Of a stretch of 64,000 nt of DNA, positions 1 through 14,840 are shown piece after piece. Position numbers and translations under genes: made by a program. Below the pieces are notes generated by a model, which was not told the DNA's origin, ran no database searches, and saw only the letters and a program-made list of their open reading frames with translations. Source of the stretch: Balanoglossus misakiensis (lineage: Eukaryota > Animalia > Hemichordata); contig CM082594.2 of assembly GCA_040954595.2 (NCBI GenBank), positions 6,530,840-6,594,839 of the forward strand, read 5' to 3'. Numbering within the stretch: the stretch's first letter is position 1; each line of letters begins with the position of its first letter.

Positions 1-3000
1 ATTTCTTCATTTTTTTGAAAAAACCATGGTTGTTATAGCGTCATGAAAATCATCCAAAAATGACGAATTTTTCGACGTGAGAGTATTTCTTCATTTTTTT
101 GAAAAACCATGGTGTATAGCTCATGAAAATCATCCAAAAATGACAATTTTTCGACTTTGCGAGATATCAAAATTTCTTCATTTTTTTGAAAAAACCATGG
201 GTTATAGCTCATGAAAATCGTCCAAAAATGACAATTTTTCGACTTTGAGAGATAACATCTCGTGAGAAGTATTTCTTCATTTTTTTGAAAAAACCATGGG
301 TTATAGCTCATGAAAATCATCCAAAAATGACAATTTTTCGACTTTGCGAGATATCAAAATTTCTTCATTTTTTTGAAAAACCATGGGTTATAGCTCATGA
401 AAATCGTCCAAAAATGACAATTTTTCGACTTTGCGAGATATCAAAATTTCTTCATTTTTTTGAAAAAACCATGGGTTATAGCTCATGAAAATCATCCAAA
501 AATGACAATTTTTCGACTTTGCGAGATATCAAAATTTCTTCATTTTTTTGAAAAAAACCATGGGTTATAGCTCATGAAAATCGTCCAAAAATGACAATTT
601 TTCGACTTTGCGAGATATCAAAATTTCTTCATTTTTTTGAAAAAACCATGGGTTATAGCTCATGAAAATCGTCCAAAAATGACAATTTTTCGACTTTGCG
701 AGATATCAAAATTTCTTCATTTTTTTGAAAAAACCATGGGTTATAGCTCATGAAAATCGTCCAAAAATGACAATTTTTCGACTTTGCGAGATATCAAAAT
801 TTCTTCATTTTTTTTGAAAAAACCATGGGTTATAGCTCATGAAAATCGTCCAAAAATGACAATTTTTCGACTTTGCGAGATATCAAAATTTCTTCATTTT
901 TTTGAAAAAACCATGGGTTATAGCTCATGAAAATCGTCCAAAAATGACAATTTTTCGACTTTGCGAGATATCAAAATTTCTTCATTTTTTTGAAAAAACC
1001 ATGGGTTATAGCTCATGAAAATCGTCCAAAAATGACAATTTTTCGACTTTGCGAGATATCAAAATTTCTTCATTTTTTTGAAAAAACCATGGGTTATAGC
1101 TCATGAAAATCGTCCAAAAATGACAATTTTTTGACTTTGCGAGATATCAAAATTTCTTCATTTTTTTGAAAAAACCATGGGTTATAGCTCATGAAAATCG
1201 TCCAAAAATGACAATTTTTCGACTTTGCGAGATATCAAAATTTCTTCATTTTTTTGAAAAAACCATGGGTTATAGCTCATGAAAATCGTCCAAAAATGAC
1301 AATTTTTCGACTTTGCGAGATATCAAAATTTCTTCATTTTTTTGAAAAAAACCATGGGTTATAGCTCATGAAAATCGTCCAAAAATGACAATTTTGCGAC
1401 TTTGCGAGATATCAAAATTTCTTCATTTTTTTGAAAAAAACCATGGGTTATAGCTCATGAAAATCGTCCAAAAATGACAATTTTTCGACTTTGCGAGATA
1501 TCAAAATTTCTTCATTTTTTTGAAAAAACCATGGGTTATAGCTCATGAAAATCGTCCAAAAATGACAATTTTTCGACTTTGCGAGATATCAAAATTTCTT
1601 CATTTTTTTGAAAAAACCATGGGTTATAGCTCATGAAAATCGTCCAAAAATGACAATTTTTCGACTTTGCGAGATATCAAAATTTCTTCATTTTTTTGAA
1701 AAAACCATGGGTTATAGCTCATGAAAATCGTCCAAAAATGACAATTTTTCGACTTTGCGAGATATCAAAATTTCTTCATTTTTTTGAAAAAACCATGGGT
1801 TATAGCTCATGAAAATCGTCCAAAAATGACAATTTTGCGACTTTGCGAGATATCAAAATTTCTTCATTTTTTTGAAAAAACCATGGGTTATAGCTCATGA
1901 AAATCGTCCAAAAATGACAATTTTGCGACTTTGCGAGATATCAAAATTTCTTCATTTTTTTGAAAAAACCATGGGTTATAGCTCATGAAAATCGTCCAAA
2001 AATGACAATTTTGCGACTTTGCGAGATATCAAAATTTCTTCATTTTTTTGAAAAAACCATGGGTTATAGCTCATGAAAATCGTCCAAAAATGACAATTTT
2101 TCGACTTTGCGAGATATCAAAATTTCTTCATTTTTTTGAAAAAACCATGGGTTATAGCTCATGAAAATCGTCCAAAAATGACAATTTTTCGACTTTGCGA
2201 GATATCAAAATTTCTTCATTTTTTTGAAAAAACCATGGGTTATAGCTCATGAAAATCGTCCAAAAATGACAATTTTTCGACTTTGCGAGATATCAAAATT
2301 TCTTCATTTTTTTGAAAAAACCATGGGTTATAGCTCATGAAAATCGTCCAAAAATGACAATTTTTCGACTTTGCGAGATATCAAAATTTCTTCATTTTTT
2401 TGAAAAAACCATGGGTTATAGCTCATGAAAATCGTCAAAAATGACAATTTTTCGACTTTGCGAGATATCAAAATTTCTTCATTTTTTTGAAAAAACCATG
2501 GGTTATAGCTCATGAAAATCGTCCAAAAATGACAATTTTTTGACTTTGCGAGATATCAAAATTTCTTCATTTTTTTGAAAAAACCATGGGTTATAGCTCA
2601 TGAAAATCGTCCAAAAATGACAATTTTTCGACTTTGCGAGATATCAAAATTTCTTCATTTTTTTGAAAAAACCATGGGTTATAGCTCATGAAAATCATCC
2701 AAAAATGACAATTTTTCGACTTTGCGAGATATCAAAATTTCTTCATTTTTTTGAAAAAACCATGGGTTATAGCTCATGAAAATCATCCAAAAATGACAAT
2801 TTTTCGACTTTGCGAGATATCAAAATTTCTTCATTTTTTTGAAAAAACCATGGGTTATAGCTCATGAAAATCATCCAAAAATGACAATTTTTCGACTTTG
2901 CGAGATATCAAAATTTCTTCATTTTTTTGAAAAAACCATGGGTTATAGCTCATGAAAATCATCCAAAAATGACAATTTTTCGACTTTGCGAGATATCAAA

Positions 3001-3945
3001 ATTTCTTCATTTTTTTGAAAAAACCATGGGTTATAGCTCATGAAAATCGTCCAAAAATGACAATTTTTCGACTTTGCGAGATATCAAAATTTCTTCATTT
3101 TTTTGAAAAAACCATGGGTTATAGCTCATGAAAATCGTCCAAAAATGACAATTTTTCGACTTTGCGAGATATCAAAATTTCTTCATTTTTTTGAAAAAAC
3201 CATGGGTTATAGCTCATGAAAATCGTCCAAAAATGACAATTTTGCGACTTTGCGAGATATCAAAATTTCTTCATTTTTTTGAAAAAACCATGGGTTATAG
3301 CTCATGAAAATCGTCCAAAAATGACAATTTTGCGACTTTGCGAGATATCAAAATTTCTTCATTTTTTTGAAAAAACCATGGGTTATAGCTCATGAAAATC
3401 GTCCAAAAATGACAATTTTGCGACTTTGCGAGATATCAAAATTTCTTCATTTTTTTGAAAAAACCATGGGTTATAGCTCATGAAAATCGTCCAAAAATGA
3501 CAATTTTTCGACTTTGCGAGATATCAAAATTTCTTCATTTTTTGAAAAAACCATGGGTTATAGCTCATGAAAATCGTCCAAAAATGACAATTTTTCGACT
3601 TTGCGAGATATCAAAATTTCTTCATTTTTTTGAAAAAACCATGGGTTATAGCTCATGAAAATCGTCCAAAAATGACAATTTTTCGACTTTGCGAGATATC
3701 AAAATTTCTTCATTTTTTTTAAAAAACCATGGGTTATAGCTCATGAAAATCATCCAAAAATGACGATTTTTCGACTTTCCGAAATTATCAAAATTTCTTC
3801 TTTTTTTTTGAAAAAAGCATGGGTTATAGCTCATGAAAATCATCAAAAAATGTCAATTTTTCGACCTTGGGAATGTTCAATTTTTTCATGGGTTATAGCT
3901 CATGAAAAGTGTCAAAATATGTCAAATTTCCGACTTTGAGAACTT
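1..3945. repeat. Tandem satellite array, 88-bp unit, ~44 copies
   Basis: Unit ATTTCTTCATTTTTTTGAAAAAACCATGGGTTATAGCTCATGAAAATCGTCCAAAAATGACAATTTTTCGACTTTGCGAGATATCAAA. Starts at 711 and 799 (88 apart), and at 3001 and 3441 (5x88). The core is near-identical, units are irregular at 1-270 and decay at ~3720-3945. Confidence 0.98.
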
Positions 3946-6304
3946 TGGTGATTGTAGAATCTGAAAATCCTACGGCCTATGGTCCCCCGACAGGTACACA
4001 CGAGACACACGTATTCTTTCGAGCATGTTTAATAAATATAGAACGGTTCTGAATAAAGAAAAGAAATTACAAGTAGAATAAATTCAAGAAAATTATAACA
4101 ATGAAAAAAACCAGCATACAAATTTTATACATGGCAGAAATAAATGCGTTCATTACATCAAGTATCCAGTAAATTCTAATTGCTAAGGAAAAGAGTCAGA
4201 AATTTCTCGAAATGCAAACGTTTATTATTACTTGACACACTGTATCGATAGAAAAAGAAAACATTGCGTATCACGTGTGTTTTCAGACGGCTGAACGAAA
4301 AAAACCAACCCTCTGACACCGCATATAAATATTGATTTTTCGTCGTCATTTGTATAGATTCGAACAGTGCCTTTGCAATCTAAACATGTCCTGTTTTCAA
4401 ACTCTTCATCTCCAAAGAAGGGAATTTTTGTGGGAGTTGTTTTGCTCGTCGATATGGACATTTCGGAACGGGGACAGTGGATTATGTATTATGCACAACT
4501 TGGCCATTTTAATCAAATGATTTTTTTTTCGGTACTTCCACAAATAAGTCCGATTAGCAGTCTTTTGATCACATGATATGTATCTAAATTAAATTGCATC
4601 ATTCATCATGCAATTCAGTTATGATTATCTTTTAATCCAAAGTGCAAATCCAACAGGATGAAATCAGAGCAGGATTTCGATTTTTATTTCGAAGTATTTT
4701 TTTACCCTGTGTAATGTTTTTCAATTGACAATCTTGTCTTTTTTTTTTTAATCACGGGCGGGCTGTAACTGCGAAAGTTTTTGGGCTGATTCAGCATTTG
4801 TAAACAAGACAATTTCAACATATAGCATAGTGTTTTCCTCGCCAATGTTCGTCATAAGGTGTATAAACAACTTCACTCCGCAGTTTTAATTATTAAGTAA
4901 ATGCACAAACATGGTGGGCGTCGTTGGCATGGCAATTCCATAGTAACACACTTCGTCCCATCCCGGATCGCAATAATCTAGCAACGTTGCATGGCTGCCC
5001 ATCTTTCGTGAGTCGTGATGTCGTGCTGCTTAATTAGATCTAAAATACAACTGCTTGCAAATACATGAAACCCTTTGCGTCAATGTCACGTGGGTAAAAT
5101 GATATGTAGGATAATCTATAACCAACAGCACCGGGTCACGACGAAATGGAGTAAAAGAAATACCCGGATAAGCAACGGTGCCTAGCCACTTAGAAAACAG
5201 AAAAATCCGAAGAAATCATTTTATCTTAGAAGAAACTTAATTACTTTCTTCATAAAATTCAAGGAATATGTGTAGCTTGGTATTTAGAAAATGCATAGTT
5301 ACATATAATAATCTTATGTCAGCAACCGAGATTCATATTTTGCTTTAAAAGATTCTACTTTTTTGTCAGATGTTGAATATCGACGGTTTCCCGCCTCATT
5401 GTTCGCTACCGCCTGACACAGATTTAGCGCACGGGTCGATTGTCCCGATAATTTCTGAAAATCAATGATGGGAAAAAAATCGTTCAAATGCTGTCAACTT
5501 CGCATTGTTGACTTCTTGCCCGCCAGGGTTGTAATCCGTGCTGGAGGCGGGCCGTGTATTGATGGATCGACGTGGCGCACATGTCTAGCAGTGCGACGAT
5601 TCACTCCGAGCAGCATCAGCTGGGTGTGTACGAGGCGACTCCGTGTCGACCGTCGGTAATGAATTACAAGAATGGCTGTATACCGCGCACACACGCGAGG
5701 ATCCGCGATATCTGTCAATCGGATCTGATCCAGCCCACTTATGTTTCCAGAGTAACGCGATGGTTAGAATATTATGAAACCTGCTCCTCCACTCATCTCG
5801 ACGCCATTCATCAAAGCTGTTACTAATTATTAAATCCATATTCTTCTAGATGCGACTTAGTTGTTAATAATGATAATTTGTGAGTTTCATCAGTCCGCGC
5901 AATGGCAGGGGATTCCATTAACAACGCGGGTGATCACCCTGGCGATCCAAATACCGATTCCAGTCCCATCGACAGAAACACGTCGTTTTTACCCGGGTGA
6001 ATAAAATGCGAGCTTTTTAAGACGTGTCGAACTTTATGGTGATTGCAATGTAAATTGCCGCATCTTGTACATGCAGCGGCGCGATTTCCGTTTACCCATC
6101 GCCCACACGCGCGCACATGATATCACGCGGTGAACTGCGCCGTAACCTAGGAGACGCCGACTTTCCGTCTTCTTCCTCCCTCGCATCCGAATGGCATGTC
6201 GATCAGTGAGACAGAAGATCAGCCGCTCATTAAAAATGCACACGGTCCGCGAAGCAGTCTCTTCCCCCCTCCACCTCTGATTCGTCCCCCGATTCTTGCT
6301 TCGG

Positions 6305-6348
6305 TGACGTCGCCTTGCGTCGGCAGTGACGTCAGCAGGCCTTAAAGA
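6305..6348 (+). promoter_or_regulatory. Candidate proximal promoter of the SCG3-like gene: tandem CRE sites plus TATA-like element
   Basis: TGACGTCG 6305-6312, perfect CRE TGACGTCA 6327-6334 and TTAAAGA 6342-6348, ~230 bp upstream of the ATG in CpG-rich sequence. Confidence 0.65.
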
Positions 6349-6578
6349 GACACCCTCGGTATTGATCGGCAGCACATCGCTCCACGCTGTCGACAAGACG
6401 ACTACACACGCTCGCTCGACGACGCTACCTGCAGACGGCAATACTCGACCGTACCACACATTGTTTTTTTTATTGTAAGTTGACGGCAGGTAGTAGCTGT
6501 ATTTCGTGGCCAACCGACGAGTAACCCACTAAGAGAATTTCCTCCGAGAATATTATTACTCTGAAGACATTTACAAAG

Positions 6579-6651
6579 ATGAAGTCTATTCTGGTGATGG
6601 TGCTCCTCTCCGCCTGTGTATTCTCTTCCATCAACGCGGCACCAGTGAAAG
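6579..6651 (+). CDS. SCG3: SCG3-like exon 1 (signal peptide MKSILVMVLLSACVFSSINA-APVK)
   Basis: AAGATGAAG start, hydrophobic core, predicted cleavage after INA, donor G|GTAGGC (phase 1). Confidence 0.85.
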
Positions 6652-9600
6652 GTAGGCACATCTTGCTTTTGTCTACATCACACGTTCAGCTCGCTCCTGC
6701 ACTTATAGTCACTTCTAATTACATCAAAAAACACCCCAAGCTTATACTCGTGGGCTTATACCTTACTTCCGAAATTGCCTTCATTAGTTTTATTTTATTT
6801 ATCTTGTCTCATAACTATAATGAATTCCCACCTACGCTGATGTACACATTCCATAATCGAATGTCACGACACGTTTCTTTAAAATTTGAAATCAACTGTA
6901 AACTCATTTGAATTTCTAACTGAGGTGTATAATTACATATAATTTTCATTTAAAAACCACGTGATACGTTATCCCATTAATGCTCTGAAGAGTTCAAGAG
7001 CATTTCACAAAGACGCACGATTCTCATTTTAACAGATCTAGAAGTTTTTTTTCTGTTTCGTCCGCATTTTCCCATTTACTTACTACGGTATTCAACTCTA
7101 GTACAATTTTACTGCTCCCCAAGTATACCGCACAGATGGATTGATGGCGCGAGTGTTGGCGTTTGCAGTTTTTTTTCATCGTGTTTCATTTTGTATGAAT
7201 GGAAACACTTTCATATTGATTGTCTTTGTCGTTATTGAATTATTAATTCTGTAAATCACCCGTGCGCATATACAACGACTAGTTCCGAAGGCGATCATGT
7301 TTTTTTTTCTTCTCGGGAGTAAAGCGCGCGCTCATCGTCTTGGAGATATAATTATGGCGCGAATCATACCTGTAGAAGAGCGCGTCTCGCTCGTTAGGTT
7401 ACTACATCATCCGCGTCTTCCCGCATCTTTCTTAATGCGTCCAGCTTCGATTTAATGATAATTTATTTCCAGAAACGGTGTGTCACATTTCCAAATTGAA
7501 ATCGACACATCTAATTTATCGCTAATAACGTGCGCCCTGGCGTCCCTGCCACCTGTGCATGCGATGCAGCGACTCTGTAAGCTCACAAGCGAATTGGAGC
7601 AATTCTGTCACAGGCGCTCGACCGAGAACACGATTATTTACAAATAATTTAGTCTCAACCATTATCGAAAGTTTTCTTCCATTTGTTGCGATTTGTGATG
7701 CTACGTACAAATGGCAACACCCGTGCATCAAGCTGCCCACTACTAGTATATCATTGATTCTCGGTTTCCGAGAATAAAATACACGGACCCCGTTTCAGTA
7801 TAATAAATTATTTTATTACTTCTTAAGTAAAAAGTTAGAGTATACATTTTCTCTAGAACTAAATACGAAACACGTTTAAACATGACAAGCAAGGCGTATT
7901 TCTCAGTGAGATGAATTTTCTCATTTGTTTAAACCTTTAGAATGGCTCGGAGCGTCTGATAAAAATCAGAATTTGATATTTAAAAGTGGGTCGCAGAAAG
8001 GTCATCCGAAAATGAATCTTATTCTTCTATATATCGGAGAGACCTGCAATTAACATCATAAAACAACGTCAGATAGAAGTTATCTCCCTGATTGTGGCAC
8101 CAATTGCTGCTATAAATTGAACGAAAAGTATACATATTTCCTTTTGATGATGGCTGATTACACTTTCCATCGACGGACCACATCTGCCCGCAAACGCAAA
8201 GATCTGCTTAAAAGAGGTAGTTAGCATTCATAAAGCCAGTGGGGACATTCCGAATGCCAAGTAATGCATTGTCACTCAAAAGTTTAACAATATCACGCTG
8301 TCGATCGCCACTACCCAGCACCAACCTCAAGCTATGCGCTATCTCCATTATACAGACGATCGGGATATGGCAACGCCAATTTGGCGATTTTTAAAGAATC
8401 GTACAAGGCCATTTCTGCCGATACATGATAATAATTTTCTAAACCGGTAGAATATTTGGCGAATTATTTGCTCAGTTGCTGAGCGGGTTTTGTCGCGCGA
8501 ATGTTGTCGCTCTATGGGAGAGCGTCTTTTCGGAAAGGCAAGTCGGCTATGCGTTCGTCATTCCACCCTGGGCCTTCGGAGAATCAGACGATAGGACTCT
8601 ACTTATACTCTACAATATCAAGCCTCCAGGCCATACAATTTCAGCGAAGATTCTTCAAAAAGAACGCATAAAAGCAACCAGGGCGCATTCTGATGCACGC
8701 CGCGCTGACGTGAAAGATTCTTCGTTTATCAGGAACGAGAAACGATGGCACTCCCCGCGGTTGTTAAACTGGACGCAGTATTTCAATGGAGAGTGTGTTT
8801 GAAAATCCCACTGATTCAACCAGGATGAGACTAATAAATCTAAAGCGAGAAGTAACACATGCATTGCCCGCTACTTCCCGGAAATCGTTCAAGGAGCTAC
8901 ACGCGGTAAATGTTCTATTCACACATTTTCCATCAGCAGTCAGAAAACGCGATCCTCAATCGCCAACAGTAACGACTACAAATCCCTTTTTGTGTAGGAC
9001 TAGGAGTTTCAGAATACCTGCCGACAGAATGTCTCGCTTCTAAGAATATTACTTGTACATGCGATGAAACAAATGAGGCTGGAATCCATGCAAGGTCTGA
9101 CTTTCTGGGGGGAAAATCAAAGGCTATACGTGTCTCGGAATCCGAGGAAAAGCATACACAAGCTTAGCCATACAAGTGACGCAGGTTAGACGCCTCAACA
9201 CAAGAACTTACGATAGTACAATTTACGGGCCGAGTCACGCGTCATCATTCCGAGATTTAAGCAGGAAGTTATTAAAAAGGAAGACAGAGCATGTTTTTCT
9301 AGTCGAAGCAGTCACAGATAGAGTAATTTTCGGCTTTTTCTTTACTTAACGCTGTGTATGCAAACCGAGACCTTTGGTATTTCAACCAATTTTAAAAGGT
9401 CTTCGATGGTGCGTGGGAGTATGTGTGCTAATATACTGTCGCTGTTCAATCGGAGGCCACTTCAGCCGTTCGTGGCAAATTTTTCACAATGTTGACCATG
9501 GGAAAAAAACATCCCCGAAAGAAACTCCAGCACAAAGTCGATATTGTGCACCAAACGACACAAAGTAGTCGACTACAGAAGGGCCAGTGTGACTGCGATT

Positions 9601-11627
9601 GCGAGCGCGCCAATGCTTCAGTTTATTAGAAAGGTGCCGCTTACAACAGGAAGGTGGAGGGCTGCGTCACCGTTGCCATGGCGATTACTTGCGCGTGGCA
9701 ATGAATGCCATTATTGCAAGAGATGTCTCGTCTGAGAACATTCTTTCCCTTTCTCTTTCTCATTTGCGGAATTAATCTTTTTTATAGTCCTGCACACGGA
9801 AAATATAATCTTCTGACTGATGATGACTATCAAAATCTACAAGAACAATACGCATGCGCGAATTCTTGATGTATTAATATTAGTTGTGTTAAGAATTAAC
9901 GTAAATGTTGACCGGTAGCCGTGGCGAGAGATAAATCGACGAGACACAAAGCTAACTTATAAGCAGCGTGATGGGAATAATTACAAGTAGTTGATAAACA
10001 AAATGGGAAAACAGTTGTATCGCCTGAACAAATACATGTATAGGGGCTCAAGAGGCATTTATTAGAATTGACGCAAGGCATCATGGGTAACAGCCAGCAG
10101 AAAATTACCAGTCCCAGCAAAGCTTTTGTGGGGTTTCATGTTTTGATTTCGGGGGCGGAAAATTTTCAGAACTTTTCTCTTGAAATCTTCGCGGCAACGC
10201 ACGTGCCCATTCCGGCAGAAAGCAAACCTATTCTCCGGTAACTCTCTCTGGTGAAAGTGTTTTCTAAAGCAACTCCAACAAGCTAGCTCTAAAAGCAGTG
10301 TGCGCATTGGCTTTATTGACAATTCGCCTTTCCGTCTTGCCGACCTTTGACATGCGCAGTTGTTCAGGTTGACGACCACATCAAGCCAGCATCGGCATTA
10401 AATTGGATATGGGAATCCAATGAGTAGATCTTAGCCCGGAGCTCTTGGCGGGGAAATTTGCGATGCACGAATTCCCATAACAACACGAGCGCTCGGAGGC
10501 CATCTGTGTCGGTGATACATAAAGATTATAGCTCGTGAGATGCGGAGGGCGTATGTGCTGGTGATGGCAACGAGAAGTGGTCCCGGCGGGGCGTCTGTTC
10601 TGTAGAAAAGGCGGCCATTAAATTAAAGGACATATCATCCTATAGAGACTGTGGTCACATTTCAGATGTTGTAACCATGGAAACCTCGGAATGGTCTCGG
10701 GCTAGAAATCGTGAATGTTGTTACTTAAGCTACGCGTAAGATGGCGTAAGTTATAATGCATTAATTATTCCAGCGACATTAATTTTACAACAAAAAAATA
10801 CTTCGCTACTCTGGGCTCGTAAGCCTAGACTCTAAGGGAGCTTCCACTTACAACAAAATGGGGGGGGGGATATATGGTGGAATTGGGCATTTCTATGACT
10901 CCACATCCAGATACTTTCGTTGGTATGAGATTTTAATATATCTTTAGATTTTTGGTAGTGCAAAGAACAACAATTTTTGGCAATTCGCGTCGTTTACGCC
11001 TGTGGCGCGCTCTGGCAATCGATGACGATGCGATGTAAAGCCACAAAATGTCGACAAAAGCCAAACAAATCACCACCGAACTATTTTGCATATCACTCCT
11101 ATCAAGCCATATTGTATACGTGCCACCCATGATGATATGTTGTATTCTGAGGCAGATTTTACTCGAGCTGGGTGGGCCTTGTTGTGATCGAAAGTTGAAT
11201 CCCGTCTCCAAAACCCGACGTGGATATATTCAAGGACGTTTGGCTTGTTAGACAATGAACTCTTATGTAGACTACCGTTCAAAACCAACGGTTCCTTCCA
11301 GAAGGTTCGTTCGTCACGACGCGGGAAGTTTTCCGCAAAATACCACTTACGTCAAAGTCAACAACAGACATGTAATGGTTGCTGAATAACCGCGAAAGGC
11401 GATGATGATGATGATAGACAAGAAGAGAACACCATCTTATATTCATATTGTTTTGTTCAGCAAATCTCCTTGAGCGGCGTACTTCAAAGTCACATCGACC
11501 TGAATATTCAAATCAGCGCATAAGTGTGTCCAATGACTTCTTATACACTGAATAGGGTACCCCGTAACAAAGGGAGACAATTTCACCGCACTGTGACTTC
11601 AACTTCTTGCCCTACATGTTTGCACGT

Positions 11628-11713
<86 letters not shown>

Positions 11714-14700
11714 GTCTGTCTGTCTGTCTGTCTGTCTGTCCTTCCCTTGGTGACTCTTAAATATCTTAATCTCTGACACTCTATATCATTAGGCAGAAGA
11801 AAGACATTACACGTTTCTCATTCTGGAAAAAACAACACTATCACACATCCCAGTTGTACATGTATTGCGCTTTCCAAATAAGTGGCTCACGTTGCAGAAG
11901 ATCTCTAATTGAGTTGATATAAAGATTCGTGACACTGGCAAGTCAGTGCATCTGTGTTCACAGGTCAGCCGTGGTTGAGTTGCAGTCGTTGCGAAATCAA
12001 GGTAGTCAGCGCCTCGATATTCGAAGTCTTAAACTGTTTCTCACATTTTGCTCAAGTCATCTTCAAACAAAAACTCAAGACATTTTTATTTGTCGAATTA
12101 CTAGTAATAGAAACACTGATGTACATTGACTTTCAGCGCCTCCCATAAAAATGCCAAATTATCTCAAATTCAAAATGGCCGCCAATCCCTGTGTTAACTC
12201 TACGGGGAAAATTTCAATGGGAATATCGCTGTCTGTATCGTAAAATAGGAACGCAAACAACACAAATACAAGAGTTCCGTATTCGTAGTACTGTTGACTA
12301 TTATATTTGAATAGCCTGTTACCATGTACCAAGAGATTCCGCTGTCGACAAGGAAATAAATGTAGGGTTCGAGTACAAGTACGCACTGGTCAAAAACGTC
12401 TACATGAAAAACACTGAGCCGTTCGCATGGAACGGTCGAAGCTGTTTCAATCTTGAAAATTACAGTATCCTTATTGAGGAAATTGGCTTCTTTCAATTAA
12501 TCAACAGTAAACGATACATCGGTCTTTTTAATCGACCCGAAAGAACGGCGGTATAATAGAGCAACGCAGCGAGCCTCGACACAGTTGATGCCGATTGAAA
12601 AGGCGAGTGCGCGTTGAATTACGGCAAATTGTCGCGGATTAGAAGGCTCGGCTCTGAATAGAAAGACTGACATTCGACGGCTTAGATGAAATGTCTCGCA
12701 GTCATCATAGAAGCATAGAGCCTGAGTTGCTGCTGTGTCTTATTTTTTTGAGCCAGCAGACGCTTGCTTCCTGACTTCAATCGTCTAATGGCTCTTTTGC
12801 CCTGGAAAAAAAGGGTGCTGCCATGGTAACCCTGTGGAAATACCAAGGTTAAGACCCAGACCCTATCATGTTTGTAATCTTCTGAGGACGTTTCGCGGAT
12901 GACAGCTAGCGTATGGGCCTGCCTTTTGCTGCAGAGGAAATGAAGGGGGCAGCTCGGTTGCCATAGTTGCGCGTGATTGACACACAGATGCGCCGAGGAG
13001 TTCGGTTGTACGCCTACACGCCGTGTCTTGATTGGCGGAGTCGTGCGTGGGCTTGATCATTGTGCTCAGCCAGCTTGGGATAAACAGCTAATCAAGGCCG
13101 GGGACGAACGGATAACAAAGATCAAACACGATTTGAAAAGAAACAGTTTGTGAAGTACAACCATATGCCGTCAAAATCGGCCGAGTTTGGGCATCCAGGC
13201 TGCCCACCTGTCAGATTCTTAAATTCTTCATCTGACGATTCTCTCTTCCCACTCTCCTTTCAAACAACACATATCCAATGTGGTAGCGGAGAAGTTTAAC
13301 GCTGCAGCGATTTCGACAAAATTCAGCCTTTCGCTCAAACATGTCGACAGCACTACAGAGAATCAAACGAAGTGACAAATAGACAAAAAAACAAAAAACA
13401 AAGTGGTTGAAAAATTAAAGAAAATCATTTCATATGGACTACAATTACTGTGTTTTGGGCGCGTTCTTGTTTGCCCTTCCCTGACGACGAGAACCGACCT
13501 GTAATTACAGAGAAAATTCAAACGAGCGATATTGACGTTGAAGGGCGATGGCACTCTAGAGAATAATGCAGGAAGACGAATGGAAAACCGACAAAGCGCA
13601 CTTCACTTCCTTGTAGTGCGGAGAGAGAGGGCTGTCACGAGAGATTTGCAATTACAATCGACGCGGTGCACGAGGCATATTGATGTCTTGATGGGCAACC
13701 GCCGAGACTGGTTTCGTTTGTGGTGCGCAAGTGGCCCAAATCGTGTTGTCCCAAATCCATCTACTTTCGGGGGTTTCAAGGCGAGACACAGACACATGTT
13801 TCGAACAAACTGCGCAATAGAGGAGTCTCGTTTAGACCGTCGGGAAATTACTAGTCAAATATTCGACTGACGTGGCTTTATCGAGATGTTGTTCAAACGT
13901 TGTCGCTTATATTTTCCTTAGAAGGACGCTTAAAGCAGTCGAACTGCGAGTGAAATGTGTTTTGTTAAATGCACGACAGCCTCCGAGTGCCGCACTCGGT
14001 TTGCCCGAATACAGGAAAACACGATCTGAAGTTTGCACGGAACTGGAAGGCACGTTCTACACGCGTCATGGCAAGGCCAGGAAATGAGGAAACGAGTTTA
14101 ACATTCTGAAGTTGAGGAATCGTACACCCATTGTTGCACTGCGCAGGGAAATCTGTCTACTCAGTACGTCAGTCTCGATTATTATGGGCTGCCGACGAGC
14201 AGGAACTCAAATTGTTTAATGGGAGGAAACTCTTCACGTAATGAGACATAGGTAGCGAGCCGGGCCACGGGGCATTGACGTAAATTGATACGAAGTCACG
14301 CAAGCGGCCGCCCTAATCTTATCTTCTGAGAACGGGGACGGCAGATCATGCCCCTTTATTCCCAGCATCTGAATTCCAAACGCGATTTGCCCAGTGGTTA
14401 ACGAAATCACTGGAAACATGCGAAATTTGTTTTTTTGATGATACGATTACATATAATGTCCCGGGCTCGGAAATAATCAAGAAATCACGAGTTATATAGA
14501 TGGATTGTGGTCATTAAGTAATAAGGGTATTCTGTCTCATCTTGCTCGTGTATTTCTTTTCGTTTCAGAAACTGGAGAAGATAAAGACGTGAATGTACCT
14601 GCACAAGTAAGAAAACTCTTTTCGTCTAAAGTTTATGCCGTATTATGTATTCAACTTGTGATTAGTCTCATTTTCCTTCTGATGAAGTTTTGTTGTTAAT

Positions 14701-14731
14701 GTTGTTGTTGTTTGTGGTGTGGTGTTGTTAG

Positions 14732-14781
<50 letters not shown>

Positions 14782-14785
14782 GTGG

Positions 14786-14840
<55 letters not shown>

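Noticed and set aside
1-3945. CRISPR array or coding ORFs in the tandem repeat
   Set aside because: There are no unique spacers and the units are contiguous. The ORFs are translations of the satellite.
4228-4461. 77-aa ORF with a CxxC next to the satellite
   Set aside because: Incomplete zinc-binding pattern and no other support.
6652-6911. Remainder of track ORF 6579..6911
   Set aside because: It is read-through into intron 1 past the donor at 6651/6652.
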